IMG/VR virus record: IMGVR_UViG_3300045988_157190
Coordinates: 32,001 to 96,000 of that record
From: a virus
Reading direction: 5' to 3' (one strand)
Length of the DNA stretch: 64,000 bases
The position numbers and the translations under genes were made by a program. Positions 34,606 to 42,925 of the stretch are shown one piece after another; the first letter of the stretch is position 1, and the number at the start of each line of letters is the position of its first letter. Under the pieces are notes generated by a model. That model did no database searches. It was not told the origin of the DNA and saw only the letters and a list, made by a program, of their open reading frames with translations.

Positions 34606-34836
34606 ATGGCAAATAAATCACTTAACATCGAAAACAAACTTTCTATGACGGAAGAAGAAAAGAAAAGCGTATTGGCTTTCTACAACGTTTCAGAAGAACA
34701 AAAGAAAGCGATCATAGAGAGTTATAACGGTAACCCGGAAGGATATAAGGCTTCTATCCAGAAGATGCCGGAAAAGGAACGTGAAGTGTCCCTACTGATA
34801 GCTTCTGCATGTGGGATAGACATTAAGGATATTTAA
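34606..34836 (+). CDS. small acidic protein
   Basis: ORF track. Abuts the previous stop. Confidence 0.55.
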   Translation: MANKSLNIENKLSMTEEEKKSVLAFYNVSEEQKKAIIESYNGNPEGYKASIQKMPEKEREVSLLIASACGIDIKDI

Positions 34837-34860
34837 CATCAAAAATTTCAATTATTGCAT

Positions 34861-34868
34861 ACAATAGT
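34861..34868 (+). promoter_or_regulatory. -7 box TATATTTG driving a non-coding unit
   Basis: No ORF lies between this box and the T-run at 35075-35087. Confidence 0.5.
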
Positions 34869-35088
34869 TGTATATTTGCAGTCGAGATGAGATAGCTAAA
34901 AAGTTGAAGATTGGGAGTGATTCGCGGTAACTTCCCTTCTTTTCTTGAAGGCTATGTGAGGTTGATGGGAAATGACTTTAGGGTGTTTCCCAAAATTAAG
35001 GAGTTAAATTTCCCCTATAAGAATCGTTCCTAAAAAATAAGTCCCGAAGTAGGGCAAATGGCGGCTTATAGGATGGTTTACTCCTTTT
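34869..35088 (+). ncRNA. candidate ~220-nt structured non-coding transcript upstream of tnpB copy B
   Basis: Bounded by the TATATTTG box and the T-run ctcctttttttgttttt. No ORF. Local hairpins are present, e.g. gggaaa...tttccc at 34958-34982. Confidence 0.35.
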
Positions 35089-35123
35089 TTTGTTTTTAAA
35101 TAGGAAATTTCAAATATTCTATT

Positions 35124-35131
35124 TAAATTTG
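35124..35131 (+). promoter_or_regulatory. -7 box TAAATTTG directly before tnpB copy B
   Basis: Only 4 nt (cacc) separate the box from the ATG at 35136, implying a leaderless or near-leaderless mRNA if the box is used. Confidence 0.4.
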
Positions 35132-35135
35132 CACC

Positions 35136-36347
35136 ATGTATTTAGTAGAACAACATATTATTTCTGTAAATGATAAGAGGTATAAAGATTTAGATCGAAT
35201 TTGCTTCTTATCCAAAAATTTGTACAATGCAGCTTTATATGAAATAAAGCAAGAGTTCCTTCGTACGGGTAAATGGATAAGATACACTTCTCTTGATAGA
35301 AAATTAAAAGATGAAGATAATTTTGATTATAGAGCTATAAGTGCGGCTTCATCTCAACAAATTCTTATGTCTTTAGACAAAAGTCTAAAATCTTATTTTT
35401 TTGCTATCAAAGCATGGAAAAGAGATAACAAGAAATTTACCGGTTGTCCTAAGTTTCCAAAATACAAACATAAGACTAAAGGTAGAAATGTGTTCCCTTA
35501 CTCTTATGCACAGTTTAAGCACAGAGATAATTATATTTTCTTTCCTAAGAAAGAAGGTCTGTCGCCTTTGAAAACAAATTGTAAAGAAGGTTCTGTTAAA
35601 CAAGTTCGATTTGTTCCTAAACCAGATTGTTATATTATAGAGGTTGTATATGAATCAAAAGTAAAAGAACAGCTTCCTGATAACAATAGGGTTATGTCTA
35701 TTGATTTGGGCGTAAATAATCTTGCTTCTATTGTTACTAATGTAAGTAAGAAAGCTATTTTGATTGATGGAAGAAAATTGAAATCCATAAATCAGTATTA
35801 CAACAAAAAGAAGTCAAAAATCCAACAACAGCTAAAAAAGACAAATGGAAAAGAAAATTCGAGGCGGTTAATGTCTCTAACAAGAAAAAGAAACAATAAA
35901 GTGAAAGATTATCTTCATAAAGCAAGTAAAGAAATTATCAATATTTGCTTGGAAGATAATATAACAACGTTGATAGTAGGACATAATGATGGATGGAAGC
36001 AAAATACCAATCTTGGTAAAAGAAACAATCAGAATTTTGTAAGTATTCCATTTGAAACGTTTATATCAATGTTGAGATATAAATCAGAAAGACAAGGACT
36101 AAGGTTTGTTGAAGTAAACGAATCTCATACGTCAAAATGCAGTTCTTTTGATTTAGAACCAGTGGAACATCATGATCCTTACGTTGGTAAAAGAGTAAAA
36201 AGAGGACTTTTTAAAACAAAAGATGGAATTTTGCTCAATGCAGATATCAACGGAAGTTACAATATCATGAGAAAAGTAAAAGGGGATGCAGCAATGCCAC
36301 CCTATACAGGGTTTGGGTATAACCCAGTTAAGAAATTTATTAACTAA
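35136..36347 (+). CDS. tnpB: TnpB-like RuvC nuclease, copy B (intact)
   Basis: SIDLGVNNL (D), NESHTSK (E) and NADINGSYNI (D). Collinear with copies A and C. TAAATTTG box 4 nt before the ATG. Confidence 0.85.
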   Translation: MYLVEQHIISVNDKRYKDLDRICFLSKNLYNAALYEIKQEFLRTGKWIRYTSLDRKLKDEDNFDYRAISAASSQQILMSLDKSLKSYFFAIKAWKRDNKKFTGCPKFPKYKHKTKGRNVFPYSYAQFKHRDNYIFFPKKEGLSPLKTNCKEGSVKQVRFVPKPDCYIIEVVYESKVKEQLPDNNRVMSIDLGVNNLASIVTNVSKKAILIDGRKLKSINQYYNKKKSKIQQQLKKTNGKENSRRLMSLTRKRNNKVKDYLHKASKEIINICLEDNITTLIVGHNDGWKQNTNLGKRNNQNFVSIPFETFISMLRYKSERQGLRFVEVNESHTSKCSSFDLEPVEHHDPYVGKRVKRGLFKTKDGILLNADINGSYNIMRKVKGDAAMPPYTGFGYNPVKKFIN

Positions 36348-36567
36348 TAAATACTTAGGATGTCGTGAGATGAATGGTTTTTCGTGAGAAAGGCTTCTTT
36401 TGAAGTAACACTGTTCACCGCGTCTTTGAACGTAGCTGTAAGCTCCTTCTTTTAAAGGCTCTGCCGTTACCTTTGATCCCTGTGCGGAGGGAGATCGGCA
36501 CTTGTAAGCGATATGAGTACGGTTGCCGCACCAACATAGAAAGTATCGCTTACAAGTTTTTCTTTTT
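36348..36567 (+). ncRNA. candidate guide (omega) RNA region 3' of tnpB copy B
   Basis: 220 nt with no ORF, starting at the tnpB stop and ending in a 13-bp-stem terminator. Higher GC than its surroundings. Confidence 0.3.
36501..36567 (+). terminator. long-stem terminator downstream of tnpB copy B
   Basis: cttgtaagcgata (36501-36513) pairs with tatcgcttacaag (36544-36556), followed by tttttcttttt. Confidence 0.65.
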
Positions 36568-36634
36568 AGATTGTTCTTTTATAGGAAAAAAGTTATACTT
36601 TTGTATGTGTTGAATTATAAATAGGTGATTAGTA

Positions 36635-36642
36635 TAACTTTG
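36635..36642 (+). promoter_or_regulatory. -7 box TAACTTTG
   Basis: taactttgcacc repeats the context of the 35124 box (taaatttgcacc). Another TACTTTTG lies at 36596-36603. Confidence 0.4.
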
Positions 36643-36776
36643 CACCAGTTTATGTTAATCATCAATTTTATTAACGATACCGGTGGTGCACTGGGAATTT
36701 AAGCATGTGGAGAGACCTCTTTAGAAATTATTACGGGTTGATGGTTTCAACAATGTCCCTATGAAGCGTGAAAATA

Positions 36777-36784
36777 TACTTTTG
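36777..36784 (+). promoter_or_regulatory. -7 box TACTTTTG
   Basis: 35 nt before the ATG at 36819. Confidence 0.45.
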
Positions 36785-36818
36785 GTGCAAAGAAGTGTAT
36801 AAGCACCCAATTACGTCC

Positions 36819-37238
36819 ATGAGTGTACAAGAATTTCCTATAAATGAATTTTTAATCCTTGCAGAAAAGAACAACTGGGAGGTTTATTCGTTGGAACAGG
36901 TGAAAAACTTTGCTTCTGACGTTGTAAAAAGCATTGATCCAATTGAGCAGGAGCATGGAGCTATTGACTTTGTGTCCCTGAATCGTGTTGTTGTGGTTGA
37001 CGAAAACTTCAACAAATCTGTTGTATATTATAGAGAATCTCAGATTGAGTGGAAGGATGCTGACCAAGAAACAATCGAAAAAGCCGGAGCAACCGGACTT
37101 CCTGTAAAAAACAAATTGGGTTTCTATAAAGACACCCCCGAAAACCGCCGAAAGGGAATTGTGGGTATGCCTTACAAGAAAGATACCGAGTATAAAAAGA
37201 AAAAATCAGAATCCGATAAAACTGACAAGAAAGAGTAA
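36819..37238 (+). CDS. hypothetical protein
   Basis: ATG at 36819 (MSVQEFPINEF) lies 35 nt after the TACTTTTG box. The track GTG start at 36768 is less likely. Confidence 0.55.
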   Translation: MSVQEFPINEFLILAEKNNWEVYSLEQVKNFASDVVKSIDPIEQEHGAIDFVSLNRVVVVDENFNKSVVYYRESQIEWKDADQETIEKAGATGLPVKNKLGFYKDTPENRRKGIVGMPYKKDTEYKKKKSESDKTDKKE

Positions 37239-37251
37239 GCCTTATTGAGCG

Positions 37252-37755
37252 ATGGAAAGAAAACAGAGAGTACATTATTTAAAGGCTTATTTGGGTAGCT
37301 TCGGTTATCCATTGCTTGTCGCTATTCCTCTTTCTCCTATTGTGGATTTAATAGAAAAATACATATTCAAAGATTGGGAGTTCTTAAAATTCCTTGTAGT
37401 TTTAATTGTAATAGATACACTTGTTAGTTGGGTGTTCCATTTACGACAGAAAGATTTTTCTTCTAAAGGTATTGGAATGATCTTTACTAAACTTTTTGTA
37501 TATGCTTGCTTGTTGGTTGTAGCGCATGTATTGGGAGGTTATACGATTAACGGAGAATCTACAGAAACATTTACTTGGTTCCGGTCTTTGATATGCACGG
37601 CTCTTATCGTCAGGGAATCTGTTTCCATTGTTGAGAATGCAGGAAAGATCAGTCCTAACCTTGTCCCTTCATGGATCAGGAAATATTTAAGGGACTTTGA
37701 CGAAAATGGATTTTTAAAAATGAAGGACAAGAGCGACAACCGTCCTTCTATTTAG
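37252..37755 (+). CDS. holin (family-4/TcdE-like pattern)
   Basis: Four hydrophobic helices, with RESVSIVENAGKISPNLVP resembling the conserved E..SI.EN...P holin motif. Confidence 0.55.
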   Translation: MERKQRVHYLKAYLGSFGYPLLVAIPLSPIVDLIEKYIFKDWEFLKFLVVLIVIDTLVSWVFHLRQKDFSSKGIGMIFTKLFVYACLLVVAHVLGGYTINGESTETFTWFRSLICTALIVRESVSIVENAGKISPNLVPSWIRKYLRDFDENGFLKMKDKSDNRPSI

Positions 37756-37780
37756 ATAGGTAATTTTAAATTTTTGAGAT

Positions 37781-38368
37781 ATGCGTTTATATAGATTTAT
37801 CGATACAGACAAGAAAATTGACGTAGTTGTCGTTACAGATGGTTCTTGTGAACAAAAAAGAGTGTTTATTACAGAATCTCCGAGAGGCGTAGTCCCTGCC
37901 GGTTCTGCCAATCCTTCTGCTGATGAAAAAGCAGGAAGTGATGCTTTCCTTGCTTTGGGTTGGAAATGGAATGTGGGGGAAAGTGTTCAACATGAAGAGT
38001 TGGTTGCGTTTGCAGAAAACAACGCGCTTACTCTTACAATCGAACCGCAAGGACTGAATGAGGTTGTCGCTGTGAATGCAGAATGGAACGATGAGAATGC
38101 TTGTGTGCTGTCTGTTTACACTACTGTTCCGGCAGAAAAGGAAATTGAAATTTATTTCCCCAATTCAGTAAAACTCAATAACTCTATAGGAAGATATGGT
38201 GTTATTAGAGGTGATAGAAAAGTGCTTACATCAAAAGTAAATGGTCGCACTCCTATGGAATTTACTTTGGCAGACTTGGGATTGGATGCTAAGGAAGATT
38301 TAAACCTTGTCGTAATGGCAGATGCCGGAGTGCAGAAATTTGAAGTTGTGGCTAAAAACAGTAAGTAA
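37781..38368 (+). CDS. virion-associated protein; N-terminal domain shared with the next gene
   Basis: VVVVTDGSCEQKRVFITE versus MTVITDGVDSQMNVFVTE in 38371-39573. Confidence 0.55.
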   Translation: MRLYRFIDTDKKIDVVVVTDGSCEQKRVFITESPRGVVPAGSANPSADEKAGSDAFLALGWKWNVGESVQHEELVAFAENNALTLTIEPQGLNEVVAVNAEWNDENACVLSVYTTVPAEKEIEIYFPNSVKLNNSIGRYGVIRGDRKVLTSKVNGRTPMEFTLADLGLDAKEDLNLVVMADAGVQKFEVVAKNSK

Positions 38369-38370
38369 CT

Positions 38371-39573
38371 ATGCTTAGGCTTTTATTTACAACAAAAGAT
38401 TTAAGCAAGCAAATGACTGTCATAACAGATGGTGTAGACAGTCAGATGAATGTTTTTGTAACTGAAAATACGGTAGGTGATGTAGACTATTACAAATCTT
38501 TAGGGATTGTAATAAAAGCTGGTATTACCTATAATATCGGTAAGTTTATAGAATGGTGTCTTGCTAATGAATTGGGTCTTATCGGCTATCCCGAAGGACT
38601 GGAAGAAGAAAAGATCAATTATGTAAACGTTCTTGATAGAACGGAATATACGTTTACATTGCAGACAAAATCTCTTTCTTTCGTTAATACGGGTGAAAGC
38701 AAGAATTTTGTTGTTACTTCCAGCAAGCAGGAATATCGGGACGGTGCGCCTTACGGGGAACCCATAGCCGTTGCTATTCAGATTAAAATTTCCGGTACAG
38801 GTTTTTCGGGTAATGCGGGAATAAGTCAAATTTCTGCTACAGAGAATCCTACTGACAAGCAAAGAACTGGTACAGCTACAATCATTCAGAATGAGAGTGG
38901 AAAAACAGCAACCATTTCTTTAAGTCAAGCTGCATCTGTTATTACTTATGAAAATACGATCACAGCCAATAAGACAACTCTTACTTTTGCTGCAACGGCA
39001 GGTGATCAAGTGGTCACAATCACTTCTACCAGACAAAAGAAGCTGAACGGTAAGAACAGTGGTTCTCCAACTACCGTAAATACTACAGGAAAAGTAACCG
39101 GTACGGGTTTTTCTTTGAAAACTCAATCGGGAGCAAACTATACCGTTTCTGTTACTGAAAATACAAATGAGACTACCGGAAGAACAGGAACTCTTGTTGT
39201 GACACAGGAAGGGTCGGGAGCAAAATCAATTACGATTAATTTAAGCCAGCCAAAGGCAACTGTTGCTTATGTTTATAATTTGTCTTCAAACCCTTCAAGA
39301 GTGGAATTTGTTGCTACGGGTGAAACAAAAACTCTTTCTATTTCTTCTACAAAACAAAAGACGGTAAATGGAAAGAATAGTGGTAGTCCTGTGGCTGTGA
39401 ATTATACTACGACAGTTTCCGGTACAGGTTTTTCGAAAGGAACAACCGAATATTCCGTTGTAGCAGCGGTCAATACTGGTACAGCAAGAGAAGGGTCAGC
39501 AGTTGTAAAACAATCGGAAGGAACAAAGCAAATAACAATTACGCTATCACAGGCAGCAGGCACTTCCGCTTAA
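38371..39573 (+). CDS. protein with three tandem BACON/Ig-like repeats
   Basis: Three repeats of about 100 aa, each with L.F...G(E/D)...(V/L).(I/V).S(S/T).Q...G...G.P......(V/I)(S/T)GTGFS....R(T/E)G.(A/L)(T/V)(I/V).Q.....(A/I)(T/I)I.LSQ. Confidence 0.6.
   Translation: MLRLLFTTKDLSKQMTVITDGVDSQMNVFVTENTVGDVDYYKSLGIVIKAGITYNIGKFIEWCLANELGLIGYPEGLEEEKINYVNVLDRTEYTFTLQTKSLSFVNTGESKNFVVTSSKQEYRDGAPYGEPIAVAIQIKISGTGFSGNAGISQISATENPTDKQRTGTATIIQNESGKTATISLSQAASVITYENTITANKTTLTFAATAGDQVVTITSTRQKKLNGKNSGSPTTVNTTGKVTGTGFSLKTQSGANYTVSVTENTNETTGRTGTLVVTQEGSGAKSITINLSQPKATVAYVYNLSSNPSRVEFVATGETKTLSISSTKQKTVNGKNSGSPVAVNYTTTVSGTGFSKGTTEYSVVAAVNTGTAREGSAVVKQSEGTKQITITLSQAAGTSA
38647..39558 (+). repeat. three tandem ~300-bp coding repeats (BACON/Ig-like)
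   Basis: Protein-level repeats at aa 93-188, 189-296 and 297-396 of ORF 38371-39573. Confidence 0.75.
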
Positions 39574-39585
39574 TTTTTTATTGAC

Positions 39586-41289
39586 GTGAGTAGGAAAAGA
39601 GACAAAAATAAAAATCAAGGAAAGTCAGACCTGTTAAAGGGTCTGACCAGCCTTTCTTTGGAAGATATTGTAGGATTGCAGAAAACTCTTCCTACTTTGC
39701 TTCAATCCAAATTACAACAGATGTCCCGGTCTGACAACTTGGGGGATTTGGTGAAAGCTAATCTTTACATGGGGAACATCAACCAAAGACAGGACGATGT
39801 AAAGGCTGTGTTCTTCAACCCGGACGAAGCAAGCGATACGGGAAGGGGTTACAAAGATCCTAACTTTTACGGTTCTATGCCGTTCGAAGTGCTTCGGAGA
39901 ATGGGGGACATCTTTGTTGTTCGGGCTGTTGTCAATACCCGTGTCGAACAGGTTCAGAACTTTCTCCATTTCAGTACGGATGAACAGAAAGAAGGATACA
40001 CTATTAGAAGGAAAAGGAATCCTTTTGAGAAGGTAAGTGCAGAACGCTCAAGAGAAGATCAGATTAAAATTAGCTATATCAGAAAGTTTTTGGAAGAAGG
40101 CGGTTTTCACGACAAATGGGAATCATTTGATACATTCCAAGACTTTGGGAGAAAAGTTGTGTTTGATAGCCTTACTCTTGATCAGCTTGCATTTGAAATA
40201 GTAAGGGATAGATCGTGGAATCTGGCACGTTATCGTGCTGTAGACGCTTCTTTGATACGTTTTCTTGATAGTATCGATCCGAAGTTCCGGGAAGAATTTG
40301 AGCAGTATCGGTTCAAAGGCTATTTACCAAAATATTGTATGTGCTGGCAAGGTCAGATCATGCAGCATCCTGTTACGCATGAAAGTGTTATCTTTTACCC
40401 TTGGGAGCTGGGTATTGGTATCCGTAACAAATCCACCAACATATATAAAAACGGGTACGGAACATCTGAACTGGAAACACTGTCAAGCGTTATGACATGG
40501 ATTTTGTGGGGGTTTGAATACAACGGCCTGTATTTTTCTAAAGGGTCTAATCCTAAAGGAATTATTAATGTTAAGAATCCGAACATATCGCAGGCTTCTT
40601 TAAGTGAGTTCAGACAGGCATGGCAGCAGACGATGGTGGGGGTTCAAAATTCTCATAGAACGCCTATTATCAATGGGTTAGACCTTCAATGGGTTGATTT
40701 ATCCAAAAACACTAACCGTGATATGGAGTTTAGTGAGTGGGTAAAATTCCTACTTGTTATGACTTGTGCTGTTTATCGTATTGATCCGTCAGAGCTTGGA
40801 TTCCAATTCAAAGATCAGACAAATATCTTTGGACAAGCTGGACAAAAGGAACGTTTACAACATTCAAAAGACAAAGGACTAAAACCTATTCTTGTGTTCT
40901 TACAAGAGGTGATCAATTATTATCTTGTATCAGAACTGGATGAAGATTTTGAGTTTGTCTTTACAGGTGTAGATGCGGAAGATGAAGGAAGACAGGTTGA
41001 GATTGATGCTAAGAAAATTCAAAACGGTATGGTTTGTCTGGAAGATATTTTTGAAAAATACTCTGGACGTAAATTCAACCCAGAAACTGATACCATTTTG
41101 AATCAATCCTACCAGCTTCAAAAACAATATCAGATGCAGCAAGCTATGTACGGAGGTGATGCGATGAACGAAGAAGTGGATCGACAGATCGCGTCAGAAG
41201 ACAAAGAAGATACACAGAAATCGTTTGATTCCAACCCTATCATGAGTGCTGCAATGTCTTACATTGAAAAGAATTGGGGAGAAAAGTAA
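39586..41289 (+). CDS. portal protein (by size and position)
   Basis: 567 aa with a GTG start. First large ORF of the head module, followed 200 nt downstream, after one small ORF, by a MuF-like gene. Confidence 0.6.
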   Translation: MSRKRDKNKNQGKSDLLKGLTSLSLEDIVGLQKTLPTLLQSKLQQMSRSDNLGDLVKANLYMGNINQRQDDVKAVFFNPDEASDTGRGYKDPNFYGSMPFEVLRRMGDIFVVRAVVNTRVEQVQNFLHFSTDEQKEGYTIRRKRNPFEKVSAERSREDQIKISYIRKFLEEGGFHDKWESFDTFQDFGRKVVFDSLTLDQLAFEIVRDRSWNLARYRAVDASLIRFLDSIDPKFREEFEQYRFKGYLPKYCMCWQGQIMQHPVTHESVIFYPWELGIGIRNKSTNIYKNGYGTSELETLSSVMTWILWGFEYNGLYFSKGSNPKGIINVKNPNISQASLSEFRQAWQQTMVGVQNSHRTPIINGLDLQWVDLSKNTNRDMEFSEWVKFLLVMTCAVYRIDPSELGFQFKDQTNIFGQAGQKERLQHSKDKGLKPILVFLQEVINYYLVSELDEDFEFVFTGVDAEDEGRQVEIDAKKIQNGMVCLEDIFEKYSGRKFNPETDTILNQSYQLQKQYQMQQAMYGGDAMNEEVDRQIASEDKEDTQKSFDSNPIMSAAMSYIEKNWGEK

Positions 41290-41329
41290 CGTGAATGTAA
41301 GATATGTCAAAAATATCAAGGTCGAAAAG

Positions 41330-41488
41330 ATGCCTTTAGTGTCAAATGTACATCATCATGTTGATCCTATGCGTTACCCAAAAGTACAGGAAGGATATGA
41401 AGGTATGGCGCAAGTTATCTTTTCGACACAGATAAATAATATGTTGATGGATTTGACGAAGAAAATAGTAGAACAAAAATCTAAGTAA
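41330..41488 (+). CDS. small hypothetical protein
   Basis: Internal ATG of track ORF 41246-41488, which otherwise overlaps the portal 3' end. Confidence 0.35.
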   Translation: MPLVSNVHHHVDPMRYPKVQEGYEGMAQVIFSTQINNMLMDLTKKIVEQKSK

Positions 41489-41490
41489 GT

Positions 41491-42444
41491 ATGCTATTCA
41501 CACCGGAAGAGATACAGCAGTTGTTTTTCATTGTCGATTATCGTATTGCTCGTGTAATTGCCGATGTGCTGGGTAAGGAATATCTTTCCCAAGAAGACAT
41601 AGATATGCTGAAAAGATTTGGCTTTGATTTAAAGACAGAAGTTCTGAAAATACCACCTTATTGGCAAGCATTCATATTTGGACGGTTAGCAGCCATACTT
41701 TCTCCTGCGCAGCTTTCTTCGCTTGATTTTAACGACTTAAAACAATATGTTGAAAAGGAACAATACCCGGCATTGACAACAAGGGAAAAGGCAGAATACA
41801 ATGCGTCGGCTATGCGTTCTTATTCCTATATAAAGGGAATGGGAAATAAAATAAAGGATTCTCTTTCTTCTACTATATCGGAAGAAGAAATGAAAATAGC
41901 TGTTGCGGAACGAGAAATGGAAGTTGAAACAGCTATTAAAGAAGAACTTTCAGAAGGGGTTATAAAAAGGAAATCTGTTCAGTCTATAGTAAGTGCACTT
42001 GGACATAGATTGGATGAATGGAATCGTGACTGGGGACGTATAGTCGCCACCGAAATGGAGAACATTTTTCAGATAGGTACGGCTCAAATGATAATGAAAG
42101 AACATGGCATCCATGCTAAGGTGTATAAGCAAACAATGCCACAAGCCTGCCGGTATTGCTTAAATGCCTACACTACAAATGGCTATGGCTCTAAGCCCGT
42201 TATTTTTGATTTGTCCGAATTGATTGCCAACGGTACTAACATAGGTAAAAAGTCAAAAGACTGGAAGCCTGTTTTAACAAATATTCACCCTTTTTGCAGG
42301 TGTATGTTAAGACATGTTCCAGATGGATATGAATGGGATGACAAAACACAGTCATTTGAACCTAAAAAAGTAGATGAAAGTAAGCGGGTTCAGAGAAAAT
42401 CAAAGGTAAAAATAACTGTAGGTACAAAATATTTCGAAGTGTAA
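41491..42444 (+). CDS. head morphogenesis protein (Mu F / SPP1 gp7 family)
   Basis: C-terminal CRYC...NIHPFCRCML matches the HPxCRC signature of the MuF family. Confidence 0.7.
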   Translation: MLFTPEEIQQLFFIVDYRIARVIADVLGKEYLSQEDIDMLKRFGFDLKTEVLKIPPYWQAFIFGRLAAILSPAQLSSLDFNDLKQYVEKEQYPALTTREKAEYNASAMRSYSYIKGMGNKIKDSLSSTISEEEMKIAVAEREMEVETAIKEELSEGVIKRKSVQSIVSALGHRLDEWNRDWGRIVATEMENIFQIGTAQMIMKEHGIHAKVYKQTMPQACRYCLNAYTTNGYGSKPVIFDLSELIANGTNIGKKSKDWKPVLTNIHPFCRCMLRHVPDGYEWDDKTQSFEPKKVDESKRVQRKSKVKITVGTKYFEV

Positions 42445-42917
42445 TGAAACAAAGAACGATTTTTAATTCCGGTTTTATCAGTATTCTTACTATAGATGGT
42501 TCAAAATGGATAAAGGACATCCAAGTAGGAAATGTGATAAAAACCGTTTCCGGTTACAGAAGGGTGACAAAGGTTATCCAGTCTGAACTGTCTTCTGTTC
42601 CTCGTATTTTTGATATATGCTACGTTACGGAAGATGAAACTCTTGAAAAGGGATACCGTGAAGATGCTTTACATAGAGTGGTAGATGGCTCTTATGTTTT
42701 GTGCCATAATAAAACAAAAAGAGTAGATAAGATAAAACCGGGTGATGTTCTTATACTTAAAAATGGATGTAAAGGTAAAGTAACCAACATTATACAGATA
42801 CCTATTGCAAATGTTTCGCAATATTTCTATACCTTTGAACTTGATAAACCGGACTTTTATTTTGCAGACAATGTCTGTGTGCCGGATGCGACAATTTGTA
42901 AAGACAAAACAAAATAA
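42444..42917 (+). CDS. stand-alone Hint (intein-like) domain protein, catalytic residues degenerate
   Basis: ILTIDGSKWIKDIQVGNVIKT..G...V is block-A-like. The C-terminal YTFELDKPDFYFADNVCV is block F/G-like but lacks the terminal HN. Confidence 0.4.
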   Translation: MKQRTIFNSGFISILTIDGSKWIKDIQVGNVIKTVSGYRRVTKVIQSELSSVPRIFDICYVTEDETLEKGYREDALHRVVDGSYVLCHNKTKRVDKIKPGDVLILKNGCKGKVTNIIQIPIANVSQYFYTFELDKPDFYFADNVCVPDATICKDKTK

Positions 42918-42925
42918 TTTCTGAT

